Both the position numbers and the translations under genes were made by a program. A model generated the notes under the pieces. The model ran no database searches. It was given only the letters and a program-made list of their open reading frames with translations, and was not told the DNA's origin. Below, in pieces: positions 39,523 through 44,103 of a stretch of 44,103 bases of DNA. This DNA comes from Pseudomonadota bacterium. Its GTDB lineage: Bacteria > UBA10199 > 2-02-FULL-44-16 > JAAZCA01. The stretch lies in contig JAZDOG010000070.1 in assembly GCA_043798915.1 (NCBI GenBank), forward strand, positions 1-44,103. The letters run 5' to 3'. Each line of letters begins with the position of its first letter. The stretch's first letter is position 1.

Positions 39523-40572
39523 ATGGTGTCTGAAAATATTTCGGAAAAACTTTCCGCTACAGACCGATATTTGACGCTCTGGATATTCCTCGCCATGGCC
39601 GTGGGCGTCGGCGGAGGCTGGCTCTATCCGCAGGTGAAGGACGCGATCAACCTCTTTCAGGTCGGCACCACGAACATCCCGATCGCGATAGGCCTCATCC
39701 TCATGATGTATCCTCCGCTGGCCAGGGTGAGATATGAGGAGATGGGGGATGTCTTTCGTGACTATAAAGTCCTCTTCCTCTCCCTGATACAGAACTGGGT
39801 AATCGGGCCGATACTGATGACCGCGCTGGCGCTGATTTTTTTGCGCGGCTATCCAGAATACATGGTGGGCCTCATCATGATAGGGCTCGCCAGGTGCATC
39901 GCTATGGTCATCGTCTGGAACGCCTTGGCCCGTGGTGATGCGGAGTATGCGGCGGGTCTCGTGGCTTTTAACTCTGTCTTCCAGGTCCTCTTCTATTCCG
40001 TTTACGCATACGTCTTCATCACCATAGTCCCGACATGGTTTGGATTGAGCGGGGCCGTAGTGCAGATCACCATCGGGCAGATAGCGAAGAGCGTCTTCAT
40101 TTACCTCGGGATTCCCTTCATCGCCGGTTTCGTCACGAGGTTTGTGCTGAAGGGGTTGAAGGGCAGGGAGTGGTACGAGAAAAAATTCATTCCTAAAATC
40201 AGCCCGATCACGCTGGTTGCGCTGCTCTTCACCATCGTGGTGATGTTTTCACTCAAAGGGGAATACATCGTGAGGCTCCCCCTCGATGTCCTGAGGATAG
40301 CGGTTCCCCTCCTCATCTATTTCGTTGTCATGTTCATGCTCTCCTTCTTCATGGGCCGGAAGGCCGGCGCAAATTATCCGAAGACCGCCACATTAGCGTT
40401 CACCGCCGCCAGCAACAACTTCGAGCTGGCGATCGCGGTCGCCGTGGCCGTCTTCGGCATAAACTCCGGCGCGGCGTTCGCCGCCGTGATCGGGCCGCTG
40501 GTGGAGGTGCCGGTCATGATCGGGCTCGTCACCGTGGCGCTCTGGTTCAAGAGGCGCTGGGCCTGGAAATGA
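39523..40572 (+). CDS. acr3: ACR3-family arsenite efflux transporter
   Basis: [47 protein letters not shown]. Confidence 0.96.
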   Translation: MVSENISEKLSATDRYLTLWIFLAMAVGVGGGWLYPQVKDAINLFQVGTTNIPIAIGLILMMYPPLARVRYEEMGDVFRDYKVLFLSLIQNWVIGPILMTALALIFLRGYPEYMVGLIMIGLARCIAMVIVWNALARGDAEYAAGLVAFNSVFQVLFYSVYAYVFITIVPTWFGLSGAVVQITIGQIAKSVFIYLGIPFIAGFVTRFVLKGLKGREWYEKKFIPKISPITLVALLFTIVVMFSLKGEYIVRLPLDVLRIAVPLLIYFVVMFMLSFFMGRKAGANYPKTATLAFTAASNNFELAIAVAVAVFGINSGAAFAAVIGPLVEVPVMIGLVTVALWFKRRWAWK

Positions 40573-40594
40573 AAATCATGTAAAGGCACTGCCC

Positions 40595-42472
40595 ATGGCA
40601 CTGCTCACGATCAGCGATCTGTGCGTCTCCTTCAGCGGACCCATGCTGCTCGACCATGTGGGCTTGAGCGTAGAGCGCGGCGAGAGGATCTGCCTCGTCG
40701 GGCGCAACGGGACCGGAAAGTCGACGCTCATGAAGGTCATCGTGGGCGATCTAGCGCCGGATTCTGGCGAGGTCGCGCGCGAGCGCGGCACGGTCTTCGC
40801 CTGCCTCCCGCAGGAGGTGCCGCTCGGACTCTCCGGCGCCGTCTTCGACGTCGTCGCCGGCGGGCTCAAAGAGACCGGTGATCTCCTGGCGGAGCACCAC
40901 GCTATCGGCGCGCGCCTCGTTGGTCACGGCGACCCGGCGCTCATGAAGCGCCTGGACGAGATCCAGCATGAGCTCGAGCGCTCCGGAGGTTGGCTCATGC
41001 ACCGCGAGGTAGAGATCGTGATCGCGCACATGCGCCTCGACCCTGAGGCGCGCTGCGAATCTCTCTCCGCCGGGATGAAGCGGCGCGTGCTGATGGCGCG
41101 CGCTCTGGTCGGCAAGCCCGACCTCCTTCTTCTCGACGAGCCGACGAACCACCTCGACATCGACACGATCCGCTGGCTGGAGGAATATCTGCGCGACGCC
41201 GCAGGCTCGCTGCTCTTCGTCACGCACGACCGGATGTTTCTGCGCCGGCTCGCCACGCGCATCGTGGAACTAGACCGAGGCAAGCTCGTGAGCTGGGCGT
41301 CGGACTACGACACCTACCTCGAGCGGAAGGAGGCCGCCCTCGACGCCGAGGAGAAGCAGCGGGCCGGGTTCGACAAAAAACTGGCGGAGGAGGAGGCCTG
41401 GCTCCGAAAGGGTGTGCGCGCGAGGCGCACCCGCAACGAGGGGCGCGTCCGGGCGCTCATGAGGATGCGCGAGATCAAGCAGTCGCTCCGGCAGCGCGTC
41501 GGCTCCGTGCGCATCGAGGCGCAGGAGGCCCAGCGCGCAGGCAGGCTCGTGATCGAGGTGGAGGACGCCGCCTTCAGCTATCCGGGTGTTCCGATCGTGC
41601 GCGATTTTTCGACGACTATCATGCGCGGCGATAAGATCGGCATCATCGGCCCCAACGGATCGGGCAAGACGACCCTCCTGCGCCTGCTCCTCGGCGAGCT
41701 TCCGCTCGAGAGCGGAACCGTGCGCCGTGGCACGCACCTGCAGGTCGCATATTTCGATCAGCTCCGCGCTCAGCTTGCAGAGGATCGCTCGGTCCAGGAC
41801 AACATCTGCGACGGCAACACGCTCCTCACGATCGACGGAAAACAGCGGCATGTCCTGGGATACCTGCAGGACTTCCTCTTCGAACCGGCCCGCGCGCGCT
41901 CGCCGGTGTCGGTGCTCTCTGGCGGGGAGCGCAACCGGCTGATGCTCGCCAAACTCTTTGCCATGCCGTCGAATGTTCTCGTCTTCGACGAGCCGACCAA
42001 CGATCTGGACGCGGAGACGCTCGACCTTTTGGAGGAGATGCTCATCGGATACGCCGGCACGGTCCTGCTCGTCAGCCACGATCGCGCCTTCCTCAACAAC
42101 GTCGTGACGAGCAACATCGTCATGGAGGGCGGGGGGAAGGTCGGCGAGTACGTCGGCGGCTACGACGACTGGCTGCGCCAGCGCGCGGTGAAAGCGCCGC
42201 CCGCCGCTGCCGGCGGAAAGCAAAGGCGCGAGGCGCCGAAGGCCCAGGGGCCGCGCAAACTTTCGTTCAAGGAGAAGGCCGAGCTCGACCTTCTGCCGGC
42301 GCGGATCGAGGCGTTCGAGAAGGAAAAACACGAGCGCTTGAGTTCGATGTCGGACGCGAAGATCTACGAGAAGGAGGGCGGCATTGCGGAGGCGACGGCT
42401 CGTATCGCCCGGATCGAGGAGGAACTCGCTGCGGCGTACGCCCGCTGGAACGAGCTCGAAAACAGGCGCTGA
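40595..42472 (+). CDS. uup: ABC-F family ATPase (Uup-like)
   Basis: Two ABC cassettes (GRNGTGKST/DEPTNHLD; GPNGSGKTT/LSGGE/DEPTND), ARRTRNEGRVRAL linker, KLSFKE coiled-coil tail. Confidence 0.9.
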   Translation: MALLTISDLCVSFSGPMLLDHVGLSVERGERICLVGRNGTGKSTLMKVIVGDLAPDSGEVARERGTVFACLPQEVPLGLSGAVFDVVAGGLKETGDLLAEHHAIGARLVGHGDPALMKRLDEIQHELERSGGWLMHREVEIVIAHMRLDPEARCESLSAGMKRRVLMARALVGKPDLLLLDEPTNHLDIDTIRWLEEYLRDAAGSLLFVTHDRMFLRRLATRIVELDRGKLVSWASDYDTYLERKEAALDAEEKQRAGFDKKLAEEEAWLRKGVRARRTRNEGRVRALMRMREIKQSLRQRVGSVRIEAQEAQRAGRLVIEVEDAAFSYPGVPIVRDFSTTIMRGDKIGIIGPNGSGKTTLLRLLLGELPLESGTVRRGTHLQVAYFDQLRAQLAEDRSVQDNICDGNTLLTIDGKQRHVLGYLQDFLFEPARARSPVSVLSGGERNRLMLAKLFAMPSNVLVFDEPTNDLDAETLDLLEEMLIGYAGTVLLVSHDRAFLNNVVTSNIVMEGGGKVGEYVGGYDDWLRQRAVKAPPAAAGGKQRREAPKAQGPRKLSFKEKAELDLLPARIEAFEKEKHERLSSMSDAKIYEKEGGIAEATARIARIEEELAAAYARWNELENRR

Positions 42473-42520
42473 TTCAATAATTACATGGCTTTCCGCCCCA
42501 TGTTGGTGTAGGGAACTGCC

Positions 42521-44103
<1,583 letters not shown>

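Overview
A 44-kb GC-rich bacterial chromosomal segment. The gene content (MYXO/GlyGly-type C-terminal tail, SurA-DsbA fusion, PilZ) suggests a deltaproteobacterial-type diderm; this is inference. Housekeeping genes are gpsA, glnB-glnA, serS, uvrC, gpmA, uppP, acr3, a Uup-type ABC-F and partial typA, plus tRNA-Pro(CGG) and tRNA-Ser(GCT). The main candidate system is a 13-gene minus-strand block at 17685-35378, bracketed by two paralogous PilH-like receivers. In order it holds a receiver, a 1219-aa membrane-anchored HEAT protein, a processive GT2 synthase, a TPR-TM-pseudopilin-like protein, NagZ, an SSS symporter, a CBM+TIM-barrel protein, a TPR+YaiO-type beta-barrel, a C-terminally short uvrC and a four-gene phosphorelay. 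It looks like a synthase-dependent exopolysaccharide export and recycling system. The left end (1-3750) is accessory DNA with a 126-bp inverted-repeat element, a relic copy of yhcG/gpsA fragments differing mostly at synonymous sites, and a poly-A promoter spacer. Other oddities are a Phd-MNT fusion with a HEPN partner, a HATPase/GGDEF double pseudo-enzyme, a shared GCAAC-N14-GCCGATA promoter-like motif and heptamer repeats inside two CDSs. All assignments are by eye from motifs; no database searches were run.
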